Positions 1 through 13,569 of a stretch of 64,000 nt of DNA are shown in pieces. The stretch is taken from positions 83,886,001-83,950,000 of the forward strand of contig NC_042998.1 of assembly GCF_006345805.1 (NCBI RefSeq). The letters run 5' to 3'. A program made the translations under genes and the position numbers. Within the stretch, counting starts at the first letter, position 1, and every line of letters starts with the position of its first letter. The notes beneath the pieces are model-generated. The model was given only the letters and a program-made list of their open reading frames with translations. It searched no databases and was not told where the DNA came from. This DNA is from Octopus sinensis. Taxonomy: Eukaryota.

Positions 1-549
1 GGTTTTAATAAGTGATAAGATTATGTGGCATTGCATTGTTATGATGTTGATCAGATAGTCATAACATAATAGAGATTGTATTTGGTAGGTAGATGTTGGG
101 ATTTTGTCGTTAGATCTATTTACGTAAGCAGAATACGAGTAAATGAGGGTAATAAATATAACCGACATATACAGATGATGATTCAGCCTCTACAATTAAC
201 AGTTTTGGAGACCAAAAGAAGGTGATGATAGAGGAGTTCGGAAAGCGGCGGTATGGATATTAACTAAACTTGGAGAAAGTGAGATTTTAAACCAGATCAC
301 TGGAGTTCCGCGTTACTGATAAACAGATGAGAGGAGTAAATGATGGGTAGGGCAAAACAGATTCTTTGTAGAAGCAGACACTATATTTTAAGAATAAGTT
401 GCTATATGGTTTATAATCTGGAGAGAAGAGATAGAATGTAAATACCACGTGAAGGATTTACCTCAAGAAAATCGGACTTCTCTGCCAATAGAAGGGTAAG
501 TTAGGCTATACCTGAACCAGCATCCATGAATGTTGACATAGAAAACGAA

Positions 550-554
550 GATAA

Positions 555-627
<73 letters not shown>

Positions 628-665
628 CACCGAAACAGACACAGACAGACAGACAGAAAGACAGG

Positions 666-738
<73 letters not shown>

Positions 739-822
739 GATAGATAAATAGACAGAAAGACAGAGACAGAAAGACACAGACAAGCAGACAGACACGGGCA
801 GACAGACAGACAGACAGACAGA
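550..822. repeat. (GATA)n/(GACA)n compound microsatellite
   Basis: Direct reading of tandem GATA then GACA units. Confidence 0.97.
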
Positions 823-1590
823 TAAGTATAACAAAAAGCTAATGCAAATAAGAAAAAGCAACAAAAGTACTAAAGAGGTTCACAGATGGAGTAAAGATTA
901 TTTGCCAACATAACATGGCAGTCCTGCTTCGGGACAAATGTTGCTGTAATTTTAGCCCCAGGAGGCATGTCTCCAGCTGGCTGTACAACACGATCTGTGT
1001 CCTTATATTTTCGAACTAGAGATCTAGAAACCCCACTCAGCTCAAAGCAATATCTGTGTATCGCGATTTCCGGGTTATTTCTCTTCACAGACTGCTGCTG
1101 GACATCAGTCACTGAGGAACCATTAGCAGGGTGAAATCAGGTGATCTCGTGGTTCCGACGTCCGTATTTACGAGTGCTTTCATGCACCACAAGTCCACAA
1201 GACCTTATGACAGATCCTCTCAAGATAAATAACGCACTTACGCTGGAGATTAATACTGCTTTGGTATCAATACTGCTTCTGTCGCTGAGTGAGTGGACAA
1301 ACGTAAGAAAGTAGCATTCACTACTTTTTGTAGGAGTTACATATAATTTTAATAAAGGTTTGACTCAACTGCACATCACTTAAAGTTTCAGGGACACGTG
1401 GACCACGTCCATCTCATCAGATAATAGCAGAGGAGTGGATATTTTGAGAGAAACTAAAAGTGGCTTTTATGTATGTTTAGGCCTCTGTTAGTCGTCTCAT
1501 TATTACTGTGCCTGAACTGAGAGTTTTGAACTCAAAACTCCTACTCCGAGGCAAACAGTTACATATATATATGTGTGTGTGTGTGTGTGT

Positions 1591-1640
<50 letters not shown>

Positions 1641-1649
1641 TGTGTGTGT

Positions 1650-1830
1650 CTTTTACTCGTTTCAGTCATTAGACTGCGTCCATGCTGGATCACGACCTTG
1701 AAGAGCTGTCAGTTGAATGAATAGACCTCAGTACTTATTTTTTTTTAGGCCAGGTACCTATTCTATCCATTATTTTAGCCGATCCGTTAAGTTACAAACC
1801 AACACCGGTTGTCAAGCAGTGGTGGGGGAC
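1650..1830 (-). mobile_element. SINE type A, 3' tail fragment
   Basis: gtttcagtcattagactgcgtccatgctgg matches the tail of fuller copies at 38823-39242 and 47210-47565. Confidence 0.65.
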
Positions 1831-1867
1831 TAATACACATTCATATATATATATATTTTATATATAA

Positions 1868-1923
<56 letters not shown>

Positions 1924-2030
1924 GTGTCAGGTAGGGCTGAGTAAGTGCTATGGACAGACCATAGTTAAGCTCCAGGTTCGGTGATTATCCGAATAAGGAA
2001 TCCAATGTACGTCATATATCAGCATGTATA

Positions 2031-2070
<40 letters not shown>

Positions 2071-2090
2071 TATATATATTATATATATAT

Positions 2091-3288
2091 ATATGTTAAT
2101 AAAATAGAACATATGCATATATATAAACATATATGTACTACCTACCTCTACATGTACATATACACGCATATATGTGTACAGGACACCAAAAAGACGTCGA
2201 ACACATAGAGAGACGAAAAACATAGACACAAACCAAGGAACAAGACAAGCAAAAAAAGAAGAGATACAGGACAATAAGCACAACGAAAAATCCCCTTCTT
2301 CAGTCGCTAAGGTTTCATCTACTAAACGTTTCGAAGGATAAAAGCGAGACGTATACTTCGAAGAAAACTTCCTTCCTGCGAAAAGCAAATCAATTAAAAT
2401 TCTGAGATCTTTTCACAGAGGGGTAAAAAAAGCAAGACGGTAACGACAGTACAAACATATAAACAGTAAAAAATATATATATAAACAGTGGAAAAATAAA
2501 TATATACCAGTGAGAGACAGGACAAGGAGAACAAGATAAGAAGGGCTGTTAACGCCAGACGAAAAAAGTATTGCAAACGCTGGATTATAGTGGACGACGA
2601 GAGAGAAAAAATGTCGACCAGTAGCCTTAGAAGGCGGGCGAGAAAAGACAGGATAGCAGTTACGACGGAAGTATCGTCGCAGATGGACGACGGGAATGGG
2701 GGAGGAGGAGCAAGAGGAAGAGAGAGAAGAAGGGGAATGGTGCGAGGAGACCATGAAGAATGGTGAAAGGGAGAGAGAGAATGAAGAATGAGAGAGAGAG
2801 GAAGAGACAAGTTAAGTGAGGGAAAAAAGACGAAAAAGGAATGAGAGAGAAAGAAAGAAAGATGCAGAGTCGCGTGAGAGTTAATATCAAGGCTAACTTG
2901 ATAACAGAACAATCTTACTTAATAGGGTGCGTGCGTTTAGTCGTATAATATGTTAATAAAATAGAACATATGCATATATATAAACATATATGTACGTACC
3001 TACCTCTACATGTACATATACACGCATATATGTGTACAGGACACCAAAAAGACGTCGAACACATAGAGAGACGAAAAACATAGACACAAACCAAGGAACA
3101 AGACAAGCAAAAAAAGAAGAGATACAGGACAATAAGCACAACGAAAAATCCCCTTCTTCAGTCGCTAAGGTTTCATCTACTAAACGTTTCGAAGGATAAA
3201 AGCGAGACGTATACTACGAAGAAAACTTCCTTCCTGCGAAAAGCAAATCAATTAAAATTCTGAGATCTTTTCACAGAGGGGTAAAAAA
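2091..3288. repeat. Direct duplication of ~340 bp (2091-2430 and 2948-3288)
   Basis: Near-identical blocks from atatgttaataaaatag to cagaggggtaaaaaa, offset about 857 bp. Confidence 0.9.
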
Positions 3289-3370
3289 TATACACTTATA
3301 TATAAAGTTTTCTCAGAATGAGATAAAAATCTAAGGCCGTGAAAGATTTTAGAACATTTATAAATACAAG

Positions 3371-3418
3371 GTCTTACAGCTGTTTCCGGGATATTTTATA
3401 TATCCCTTCATCGGAGAC
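3371..3418 (-). ncRNA. Minimal type I hammerhead ribozyme motif, Penelope pLTR type (U4C variant)
   Basis: Minus strand: gtct-CCGATGA-a-gggatat/atatccc-g-GAAAC-agct-GTA-agac; stem I gtct/agac, palindromic stem III ACAGCTGT. Confidence 0.7.
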
Positions 3419-3611
3419 GGTGTGAGAAGGTAGTTAAGCAATAGTTAATTTAGATAACTATTAGAGAGTGAAGTGGAGGAATGAAAATAGATGTGAGAAA
3501 TGCAGGAATATTGCATCAGTAGATCCATTATTTAGGCAGAATGGTATACATATAAGAATCTTTCACGGCCTTGGATTTCTATCTCATTCTGAAATAAAAT
3601 TTATATATATA

Positions 3612-3750
3612 TAGGACGAGCGTCTTCTCTTTCCGTCTACCAAATCCACTTACAAGGCTTTAGTCGGCCCGAGGCTAAAGTAGGGACATATGCCCAAGGT
3701 GCCACGCAGTGGGATTGAACTCGGAACCATGTGGTTGGGCAGTGAGGTTT
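3612..3750 (-). mobile_element. SINE type A (tRNA-like head, CORE-like body) fragment
   Basis: ttccgtctaccaaatccac...cccaaggtgccacgcagtggga; recurs at 9150, 33357, 39085 and 47410. Confidence 0.8.
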
Positions 3751-3770
3751 GTATATGCATGTATGTATAT

Positions 3771-3998
3771 GCAGATTTGTATATTTTATATCTGTATTCT
3801 CATGCATATAGTTGCATATCTAGTCATGCTCATATATACTAAAATGATGAACTTTTGACAAGTTTCACAGATTTTTACAGTTCCAGCCATGGATTGGATC
3901 TGTAGTCTTCGAATTAACTTTCTCCTTTCTGGTTTTGAGAAGCCTAATTTCTCAAGATAGCCATTTAGGCAACGTGTTACATGTCCCAGGGCCTCAAT
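3771..3998 (-). mobile_element. 5'-truncated RLE-type LINE 3' end, (CATA)n-associated family
   Basis: Translates EALGHVTRCLNGYLEKLGFSKPERRKLIRRLQIQSMAGTVKICE, matching 39247-39537 and 36040-36190; flanked by CATA repeats on both sides. Confidence 0.85.
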
Positions 3999-4478
3999 AT
4001 GTATGTATGTATGTATGTATGTACGTTTCTCTTCTGTTTTTAATTATTTAGATTCTTCCTTTGAAGAGCCAGTTTCGAGCAAAAATATAAAGCGCCATAA
4101 TTCAATGTAGATAACAGAATCAATGTCAAATTTTAAACCTGAGAAAAGTTTTAATGCTTTGTAGAACTGCCATTTACGTTGTAGTAGGAATGTTTATCAG
4201 AATGTTCTCAAACAACACTCTGTTTCATTTTGTCTTTGAAACTAGACACAGAATACAATAATTTCAAATGAAACGCGCGAGGAATAATTTTGTCTACCAT
4301 TATTCCTCGCGCAAAACTGGAAAGCAAAACTGGAAGAACATTTGTTAGTTGACTGAGATACAGCAGTTCAATTAATAATACATGAATCAATTATTACTTG
4401 GCTTTCACATGTTTCCATTAGCTTTAAAGTAGAGGAATAGATAAGACATGTCTGCTTACATACAGACACACACACACT

Positions 4479-4522
<44 letters not shown>

Positions 4523-4962
4523 AACTATACAGTTGGTGCATATATACATATATGTGTGTGTGTGCGTGTGTGTGTGTATACATTCATGTATGTGTGTATT
4601 TATGTATGTATGTGAGTATAAATGTTTCAGTCATTGAATTTTGGTTATACTGAAGCATAACTGTGAAGTGTTCCAGTCGATACATTACATAGGTATGTGT
4701 GTGTCTCGTTTGTAAAAGAAACATAAATCCGAAAGAAGAAGCACACTCTAAGATATAGAGCAGTATATATTAAAAATTGGGAAGACCAGTTTATGGGATT
4801 AGCTTAGGCTTCCCATAAAGCTAAACCTTTTACGGACGGGAATTTTTAAGATATCATGAGCCAACATGTTTTTGGGATCTGACGTTACGCCATAAAGCTA
4901 AACCCTTTATGGACGGGAAATCTAAGGTAATCCCAGAAAACGTCCTTCCCCATTTTTAAGAT

Positions 4963-5041
<79 letters not shown>

Positions 5042-6873
5042 TATATATAATAGTACTTTATGTTTATGACTAAAAATAATAACACTGAAAAAGGAATATT
5101 TAAGATTGATTAAAGAACGGTAAAAGTTTTAAAGAATCAAACTATGTTGAAGCTGTAATTTTATTTGAAATCCCAGTCAATCTTTGCGCATCAACATGAA
5201 CAGTCTTGCAAAGGACATTTAATCGTCGGAAAATGTAAAGATATTTAAAATTATAAAACTAGATATTTTCTCTCCTTTACAAAGTTTATATATCTTTCTA
5301 CCACTGGAGTACCATAATTCTTGGAGTTACTCACACTTTAAATTACCGTTTCCTAAAACTATCATAATAGATTAAGTCGGATCTTTACTTTTCCAAATCA
5401 CTTATAACCTTTCTCTTTACTTTACTTCTTTTCATACTTCCCTCCTTTTTCTACATTCCAGACCTCCTCTACCACTGTACTCCACCACTGTACTGGACGT
5501 TCATTGTTTCCTCGAGAATCAACACCTCCGACTAACGCCCTTTCTTCTCTGCCTTACCGTTTTGCTCCTTGGAATCTATATTACATTTATCCAACATAAG
5601 TACGAGTTCATTGCCGGCAATTCGTTGTTTCTAGATAAAAAATAAATAATAAATATTCAGGTGTAGGAAGTAAACAGTAGGTGCCAGAATAATCCGGTTT
5701 TCATTTAGATCAGCTTCCAACAGTTCTCGTATATTTTCATCGATCACCGATTCTGGTTACAGGTAACGTAAGACGGCTGTTGTACAAGGGAGCATTCTAC
5801 ACCAGGTGAACATTGTCTATCTACCAATACAGCCGTGTTAAGAAAGAAGCTTTTAGTCGTAATCACATTGCCTGCTTCCTTAGTAGAAACATTCTTGTAT
5901 TTTTGAGAAATAATTAAATAGGAATATACTACGGCTCGTTCACAGGAAAAGCATTTACACACTTTGATGATTTGTGTAAATGTGTATTGGATAACATGAA
6001 AGTATCGACAACAATAATGTTGTTTTAATGCCAATGCCATTTTTAGTTTCATTTACATCTGAAGCATTTGCGAGCGAGTAAAGTGGAGATTTAATGACTC
6101 AGACCTTCACTTTAGAATTTATTGTGGTCGTATGCAAGTATGACAATGTAGACAAGAGTCCTGACACACAGGTAACAGTGGCAACACATCAAAACGCTTG
6201 CTTTCGTTTAGACTAAAAACAGTCTTCGAAGTCATTTTGCAATGCATCAATGATGCTACTTCAAACATTGTCATCAAACATTTTTTGTGTATATGTGTGT
6301 GAATACATATAGATTTTTGTGTATATACGCACACACACACATATCTACATACACACTTAGAAACATAAGTACTTATATATGCGCACATACACACACAAGT
6401 ACCGACTGATGCCATCGAATGGTTTCGTGCTAAAGAAATCTCTAATTGTTTAGACATTTCAGACATGTTAAGAATGCAAACTGTTAATTTCTTTCCAAAC
6501 ATAGAGGTTCTTTAACATGAAACCGTTTTGCTGTCATGAGACTAAATTTGTAATACTTTATACACATACGTTATTATTAGGATACGAGTGATTGCTTATT
6601 TCTGACATTCTTGGGCAACTGTCCTCGGCCGTGTATCTATGCAACATCTATATTCCTCCCTGTACCTGTGAGATCTTGTATCCTTTCCGTAAGGCTTTAT
6701 TTCCACACACACCAGCTTAATTTAATTCGTCCTTAGTCAAAAGACGTCTGTTGTTATGTCACGTTATTTGTATTCGTGTAACATTCTCCCTTTTTCCGTC
6801 CTTGTTATCATTGTATCGTCTATCTGGATGTTTTGTTGCCCCTTTTTTGTATCACCTAACTGTCTGGATGTTT

Positions 6874-7104
6874 AAGAAACACCGTTAGATTCACTTCAAC
6901 ATTTAAATTTGATTTGTCAAAATATTTTCGTCGCTTTGAGACCGCAACCTTGTTCCCTGACAAAATTCCGTGCTACATCTCGGAATTCCGTGCTGTAGCA
7001 CGGAATTTTGTCAGTGAACAGGTCGCGGTCTCAAAGAGAGGAAAATATTTTGACAAATTAAATTTAAATGTTGAAGTGAATCTAACGGTTTTTGTGTGTT
7101 TCTT
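6874..7104. repeat. Foldback inverted repeat with ~100-bp arms
   Basis: 6874-6977 is the reverse complement of 6994-7104 with few mismatches and one indel. Confidence 0.92.
7007..7057 (+). ncRNA. Core-variant hammerhead motif (G3:C8); stem II damaged in this arm
   Basis: tttgtca-GTGAACA-g-gtcgc[ggtctcaaa]gagag-GAAA-atatt-t-tgacaaa; the mirror arm (6913-6964, minus) keeps stem II gttgc/gcgac. Confidence 0.55.
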
Positions 7105-7197
7105 AAAATGGCTTATAAACACCTTCCACGCTGCAATTGTTTTCGTTCCAGCACACGATCTTAGATCAGTCACTTGCTATGCAAGTACATCTCCGTA

Positions 7198-7232
<35 letters not shown>

Positions 7233-7241
7233 ATATATTAT

Positions 7242-7273
<32 letters not shown>

Positions 7274-7278
7274 TATAT

Positions 7279-7430
7279 CTGAGACCCCCTTCGGTCACGA
7301 CACAGACCATGGGATTGCACCTAGAAAGTTACCTTCCCAGGCATAAGTCCGGGAAAGGTTGTTTATGGAAGACCAGCAGTCGCCCATGCATACCGGCCTC
7401 CCCTCTCCACGCCACCAGTGTTATCCACCG
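7279..7430 (-). mobile_element. SINE type C tail fragment
   Basis: gaagaccagcagtcgcccatgcat...tgttatcc also occurs, degenerate, at 15330-15395. Confidence 0.55.
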
Positions 7431-7862
7431 GTGTTCTCTATATAGAATACACTTTATAGTGCTCAAGTGATTTGAACTTGAGCAGGTAAAGGAGTAATTG
7501 TAAGGACAAGCAAGTTAGATAAGTCGATGTACAAACAATTTTAAATGCATTTAAAACGAAAAATGTACATATGTATCTTTAAACTCCATTCTGTATACAA
7601 CTCAAATGTAAAATTCTTCCCTGTAGACGGAGGCTAGTAGTATCCGATGATGAAATCAAGTTACAATCACTATTTTGGACCAGCGAGCCCCCACAAACAG
7701 CTGTTGGACTCGTAAATCTCTTACTCAACCCCTTTAGTTCCTGATGTCATTTATATTGCGTAAGTCGGATTTTTTATATGCATACATATGTACATTTTCG
7801 TATTAAATGTATTTAATATCTTTTGTACATCCATTTGCCTAACTTACTTATCCTTACATTTA

Positions 7863-7935
<73 letters not shown>

Positions 7936-9092
7936 CAGCTAAACTGATTTATATACCTCATTATCTGTCTCTTTCTTTATTTTCCCCGTCATGATTTATA
8001 TCTTTCTTTATTATTAAGCATTGCATATCTCTTTTTTCTTCTATCAAATACGTTCTTTCTTTACCTTTATCGTTTCCTCTTCAATATATACCCTTATACT
8101 CGCTGTCATTTGTAACTAAGCACGTCTTTATGGCATATTATCTCTCAGTATGTTTTAATATGTTTACGGATATCACCTAATAATATCAACAGCTCTACTG
8201 GCAATATAATATTCATCTCTCGTTTATTCAATTATCATTTATTCATATAATTTTCATTTCTATTCTAAATGTATATTTCATAATTCATTGATTTTCTGAT
8301 TATAATTTGATTGAGTTTTGTATATCCGCCTGTATCTCTAAACTGAATTATTATTCCTCTCTCACTATTTATATTTCTCATCAGATTTATCCAACGGCAT
8401 TATCATACACAATTTATATGGTTCTATCAACTTATATTTATTTGTTCAAATATGGATATAACCTGATTTATGTCGGTTACATGTCCATTATATTCTTTCT
8501 TTCTTTCTTACAAATAAATCTTTCTAGTCTATGTCTAATAGATTTTTCATTTTCCATTTATAACTTTAATATACACCATTTACTTCTATTTCGTTATATT
8601 TACAGTCACTTTTATTCCTTCTTTGTACATAATATTTTTTCCTTTTATGGTATATTATTGCTACTTTTATGCCATATTGTTATTCTACTTTTATACAAGA
8701 TGGTTCAGTTGCGTGCATGTGTGTCTTTTAGTAATTACATACCCGTTATATCATAACTGCACTCATTTTTATTATACTTTTGTATATAGTGTAATGTTTG
8801 GGTAGACTTTTAGATTCTACATAGATTTCTTATGCACAACATATAAACACACACACATACACGCACATGTGTATGCATATGCATATCTATATATTTTATA
8901 TGTATGAATTAAATATAATGATAAAATTTATATCAGATTTTATGAAGTAGCCAGCGTGTAAAACGATTAAGATAGAAAATTAATATGGAGTATATAATTT
9001 TTAAAAATACAATATTACATTAAGGGCTGTTTCTATAAGTAAAGCCACAGCTGGAAAGGGACGCTAAAGTCAAACTACTTTATCAAATACTT

Positions 9093-9149
<57 letters not shown>

Positions 9150-9151
<2 letters not shown>

Positions 9152-9260
9152 GACGGGTTCTTTCAGTTTCCATCTACCAATTCACTCACAAGGCTTTGGT
9201 CGGCCCGAGGCTATAGTAGAAGACACTTTCCCAAGGTGCCACGCAGTGGTACTGAACCCG
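9150..9260 (-). mobile_element. SINE type A fragment
   Basis: Same body as 3612-3750. Confidence 0.8.
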
Positions 9261-9326
9261 TTTCAAGCCTACGCTCTTCAACAAAAAGGAATATGAGCAA
9301 AAATAAGAGAGAAAGAATATATATAT

Positions 9327-9383
<57 letters not shown>

Positions 9384-9413
9384 GTATGTATATATATATA
9401 TATGTATATATAT

Positions 9414-9486
<73 letters not shown>

Positions 9487-9678
9487 TCAGTAAATCATGA
9501 AACCGAAAGAGAAGCACACCCTAAGTTAAAGAGCAATAGGATTAGATAAAGACAGTTAAGGCAGTTAAGGACAGTTAAGGGATTACCTTGGGTTTCACCG
9601 TCCATAAAGCGCCTAGCTTTTCTGCGTTTCTTCAGATATATATATATATACACGTGTGTGTGTGTGGTGTGTGTGTGT

Positions 9679-9754
<76 letters not shown>

Positions 9755-10224
9755 AACGTGTTCTGAACTTATCAGTTTCATCTTCTGCTTGTAGAATATA
9801 GAGTCCAGTGTGGGATTCGATACTGAACGTCATGAACCAAGAATAAATTTCAATCAATTAAAATCTTTATTGTAACTAGAAGAAACGCCATTATCGTTAA
9901 TGAATTTTGCTCTCAAAAGGGAAATACAGAAAACATGGGGAACTTTAATTGACCAAAACTTAGAAATATAGAAAGTGAATGAGATGGATATGTGAGAAAT
10001 CTATCAATACTACTATTTAATTTACCACATCAGTGAACTCATTTTAATGGGAATACTATTTTCGTTCCTCAGTGGAATTGGTGCCTAAGAATGAACTATA
10101 TTTTATTAAGATGCATAAGGAGACTTTAACATATCACAGCTCAGAGGACAGATTCTTTTACCCGTTGTATAATAAAAGTTGATTATGATAGCCTCGCTTG
10201 GCGACATACATAAGAATAAACACA

Positions 10225-10258
<34 letters not shown>

Positions 10259-10289
10259 AATATCACATTACATTTTAATTGGTAAAACA

Positions 10290-11212
10290 GTACAAAACTG
10301 ACCATAATTCTGACCGAAGAGGGCTGAGCTATGTTTCGCGCAGGCGGAGACGCAATTTAACATACGTAAAATAACATCAGACCTAACGAAATATTCGTAC
10401 CTAATAGTGGCACTAGATGACACGGCAACGAGGGTGCTAGACATTTTAACCCAACCCCCATCAAATATGCCACGCTAAAAAAAACAGGCTGGTGGATACA
10501 TTCCGGCGGAGCAACCGGGAAGCGGCAGCCAAGATACTGAGGGGAGAATTGGGCGATTCCAAGCCTTCGGAGTTGATGGGCAAGATGTTAGCATTAGTTC
10601 CCCCCAGTGAGTCACCTTCCTTTTTGTCTAGGGAAATAATTCCCCGCAGGTTACCATCCCAGGTCCAGGCCCTCATAACTCAGACCGAGATCAAGGACCT
10701 GCGGCAGTTAGCGAAAGCAGCCGACAAACATTTTTTATCCAGTGGTGTTATGGTCAACGCCATAGGGTGAGCCCCGAGACGTAGTAGAGTTAAACAAGAC
10801 GATCTGTTCTTCTTCCACACAAAGTTCAGGAAAAAGGCTACGAAGTGCAAACAACCATGTAGCTTCGGGACCCTTTAGCCATCGACCTCGGGAACTCCAG
10901 GGCCGGCCGCATTTGAATACCCTGGTGGCCGGCAAACACGATCAACTGCTCCACGTATATTCCTAATCGACATAGGAGGAGAAATCAGTATGATCCCAGC
11001 GTCAGCAAGGGACCTCCGTTACAGAAAGCAGGACCAACCTTTAACGGCCGTCAACAGCTCCACAATTGAGGCGTACGGTCACTGCAACCTTTCTCTCAAG
11101 ATCGGTTCACAAAAAAACACATGGGTATTCACAATCGCCGACGTCCATCAGCCCATTTTTGGGGCAGACTTTCTTCGAGCACACTTGCTACTAGTTGATT
11201 CGCGCTCCTATT
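10290..11212 (+). mobile_element. Degenerate Ty3/Gypsy gag-protease relic
   Basis: ELCFAQAETQF...TKYSYLIVALD and LGDSKPSELMGKM...RRLPSQVQ resemble Gypsy gag. FLIDIGGEISMIP...VNSSTIEAYG...IFGADFL is a retroviral-type aspartic protease with DTG changed to DIG. Stops and frameshifts present. Confidence 0.85.
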
Positions 11213-11514
11213 AGTTTCATGCCTCTGAATATACTAGACGAGATCGTATAGCGTGCCTGCACGCGCTACGTATGCTATATAAGCTTTTCTTACCACTGTA
11301 TTTTGAGAGATCCGTAAATTCTCCACATCCCATATACACAACCCTGATCTTTCTTCATTATTACACTTACCCTTACCTCACCAACACTATGACCCTTGCA
11401 ACACTTAATGATCACATCGCCGTTTTTCAAATACACACACATTGCACTTTAGAGAAACACGCATAGCCACATTAAACGATCACAGTTCAACAATTACACA
11501 CACATCTGATAATA

Positions 11515-11895
11515 GTTTCAAATTTTGGCACAAAGTCAGCAATTTCGGGGGAGGGGTAAATCGATCACCTCGACCCCAGTACTGATCTGGTACTTATTTT
11601 ATTGATCACGAAAGGATGAAAGGCTGAACTCAACGTAAAACGGACGAAATACCACTAAGCATTTTGCCCGGTGTGCTAACGATTTCTACTTAAGGCACAA
11701 GTCCTGACATTTGGGGGGGTAGAGGTCAAGTCGATTACATCGATCTCAGTGCGTAAACTGGTAGTTAATTTATCGACCCCGAAAGGATAAAAGGCAAAGC
11801 CGACCTCGGCGGAATTTGAACTCAGAACGTAGACAGACGAAATACCGGTAAGCATTTCGCCAGGCGTGCTAACATTTCTGCCAGCTCGCCGCCTT
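11515..11895 (-). mobile_element. SINE type B, two-part copy
   Basis: Head ggcggcgagctggcaga; body tttgcctttatcctttcggggtcgat; TSD-like acacacatct on both sides. Confidence 0.85.
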
Positions 11896-12078
11896 ACACA
11901 CATCTAATATTGACGCATTAACAAACACCCACCAGATATAGACGCGTACACTACATAAACATATATCTACATCACATACACTTACACACACACACACACA
12001 CACACACAGTGTCGATATATACTAAACAAATAACAGACACACACACAACTTGGACACACACATACACATAAACACACA

Positions 12079-12137
<59 letters not shown>

Positions 12138-12199
12138 CAGCTGGCCTATGTCATATTCAACATTCACATGCATACTATTGACTCAAATAAAATTGACTC

Positions 12200-12520
12200 T
12201 CCGCCGATTACGAAGGTGAGGGTTGTGGTTAATCCGATCAACGGAACAGCGTGCTCGTGAAATTAACGTGCAAGTGCTTGAACACTCCACAGATCACGTG
12301 TACCCTTAACGTAGTACCCGGGGAGATTCAGCGTGAATCAGAGAATTTGAGAAGGCTGACCCCTCTGAAATACAGGTACAACTAATTTTTTGCGAGCTGA
12401 GTAGACAGGAGCAATGTGAAATAAACTGTCTAGCTCAAGGACACAACGCGTCGCCATGTATTGAACTCATGATCTTACGATCGTGTGTCAAATACCCTAA
12501 CCGCTAAGCCACGCACCTTC
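12200..12520 (-). mobile_element. tRNA-derived SINE sharing its body with 54820-55020
   Basis: gctcgtgaaattaacgtgcaagtg...gaaatacaggtacaac is shared between the two loci. Confidence 0.7.
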
Positions 12521-12799
12521 ACACACACACACGCACACTTACACACGCACGCACACACACACACATGCTTATCTACATAAAATAAACACCCACGTAAATT
12601 ATCACTTACGACAGCTGGCATGTTCATTCACTCAACATTATCATATACACACACACAACTATTATTAACACTGACACATACGCATACACGTCAAATACAC
12701 ACGCGCGTGCGCGCGCTATTTTCTAGCACTCACATTACACACAACCACCGCTACAATGCAATAAACATACACATTCACCAAACATGTATGCACACACAC

Positions 12800-12857
<58 letters not shown>

Positions 12858-12989
12858 ACACACCTGCCTACATAAACACACAAACATTACTATTCTGCCT
12901 TATTTCTCTTTGAGAACTCTCCTGCATTGAATATCACATTGTTACTATTTCGTACTTCCACTTCACTCGAAAAATAAAAATACGTATAT

Positions 12990-13190
12990 GTCCCTGCGTG
13001 CGTGGAACCTTGGGCAAGTGTCTTCTGCTATAGCCTCGAGTCGACCAAAGCTTTGTACGTGGATTTCGTAGACGAAAACTGAAAGAACCGATGTATTTAC
13101 ATCCCCGTAACTTAGTAGTTCAGCAAAAGAGTCGATAGAATAAGTACTAGGCTTACAAACAATAAATCCTGAGGTCGATTTCTTCGATTT
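12990..13190 (+). mobile_element. SINE type A, internally deleted
   Basis: ccttgggcaagtgtcttctgctatagcc...gaaactgaaag...gaataagtactaggcttacaa. Confidence 0.75.
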
Positions 13191-13476
13191 TCAGGACACG
13201 GGCTTAATACAAATTTACGTTTAACAAAATAATGGGAGTTATGTAATCCCATTCATTAACTTACCGTTGTTTCTGCTATACGAGGCAATACTTTCAGAGC
13301 TGAGTGCTTACACAACAGCCCATAGCTTCCTCGACCCATTGGAATGAAGTGTACGATTATTGCTTATTTCGGAAAGCGGTTAAGTACATACATACATGCG
13401 TGCTTACATACACGCACGCACGCACAGAGTTCTGTCTTCTCTCCTGCTAAGTAAAATTTACTTTTGCTATGTTTAC

Positions 13477-13569
13477 CTGGGGCTTCCCTATCTTACGAAG
13501 GAATCCTTGCGGGTGTTTTCGGTGTGGTAGAGTTCTAAGTGAAATCTCCTTTAAATCGAACGCAGCCGT
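13477..13569 (-). CDS. Candidate internal exon (31 codons, phase 0-0): TAAFDLKEISLRTLPHRKHPQGFLRKIGKPQ
   Basis: T-rich tract ending tttaag| and donor cag|gtaaac; only frame 0 is open; phase fits the TM exon at 20836-21027. Confidence 0.4.

Noticed and set aside
1112-1146. CTGAGGA-acc/ggt-GAAAT-c[aggt]g-ATC: perfect hammerhead core with stems II and III
   Set aside because: Stem I does not pair (cagtca versus tcgtgg); worth rechecking on the family consensus.
4795-4935. Duplicated ccataaag/ctttatgg hairpin with gaaatctaaggtaatccc (related copy at 9580-9612)
   Set aside because: Stems look hammerhead-like, but no acceptable 7-nt core is present.
13265-13340. MGRGSYGLLCKHSALK, resembling a kinase glycine-rich loop before a GTAAGT donor
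   Set aside because: Spacing from GxGxxG to AxK is too short, there is an in-frame stop just upstream and no good acceptor.
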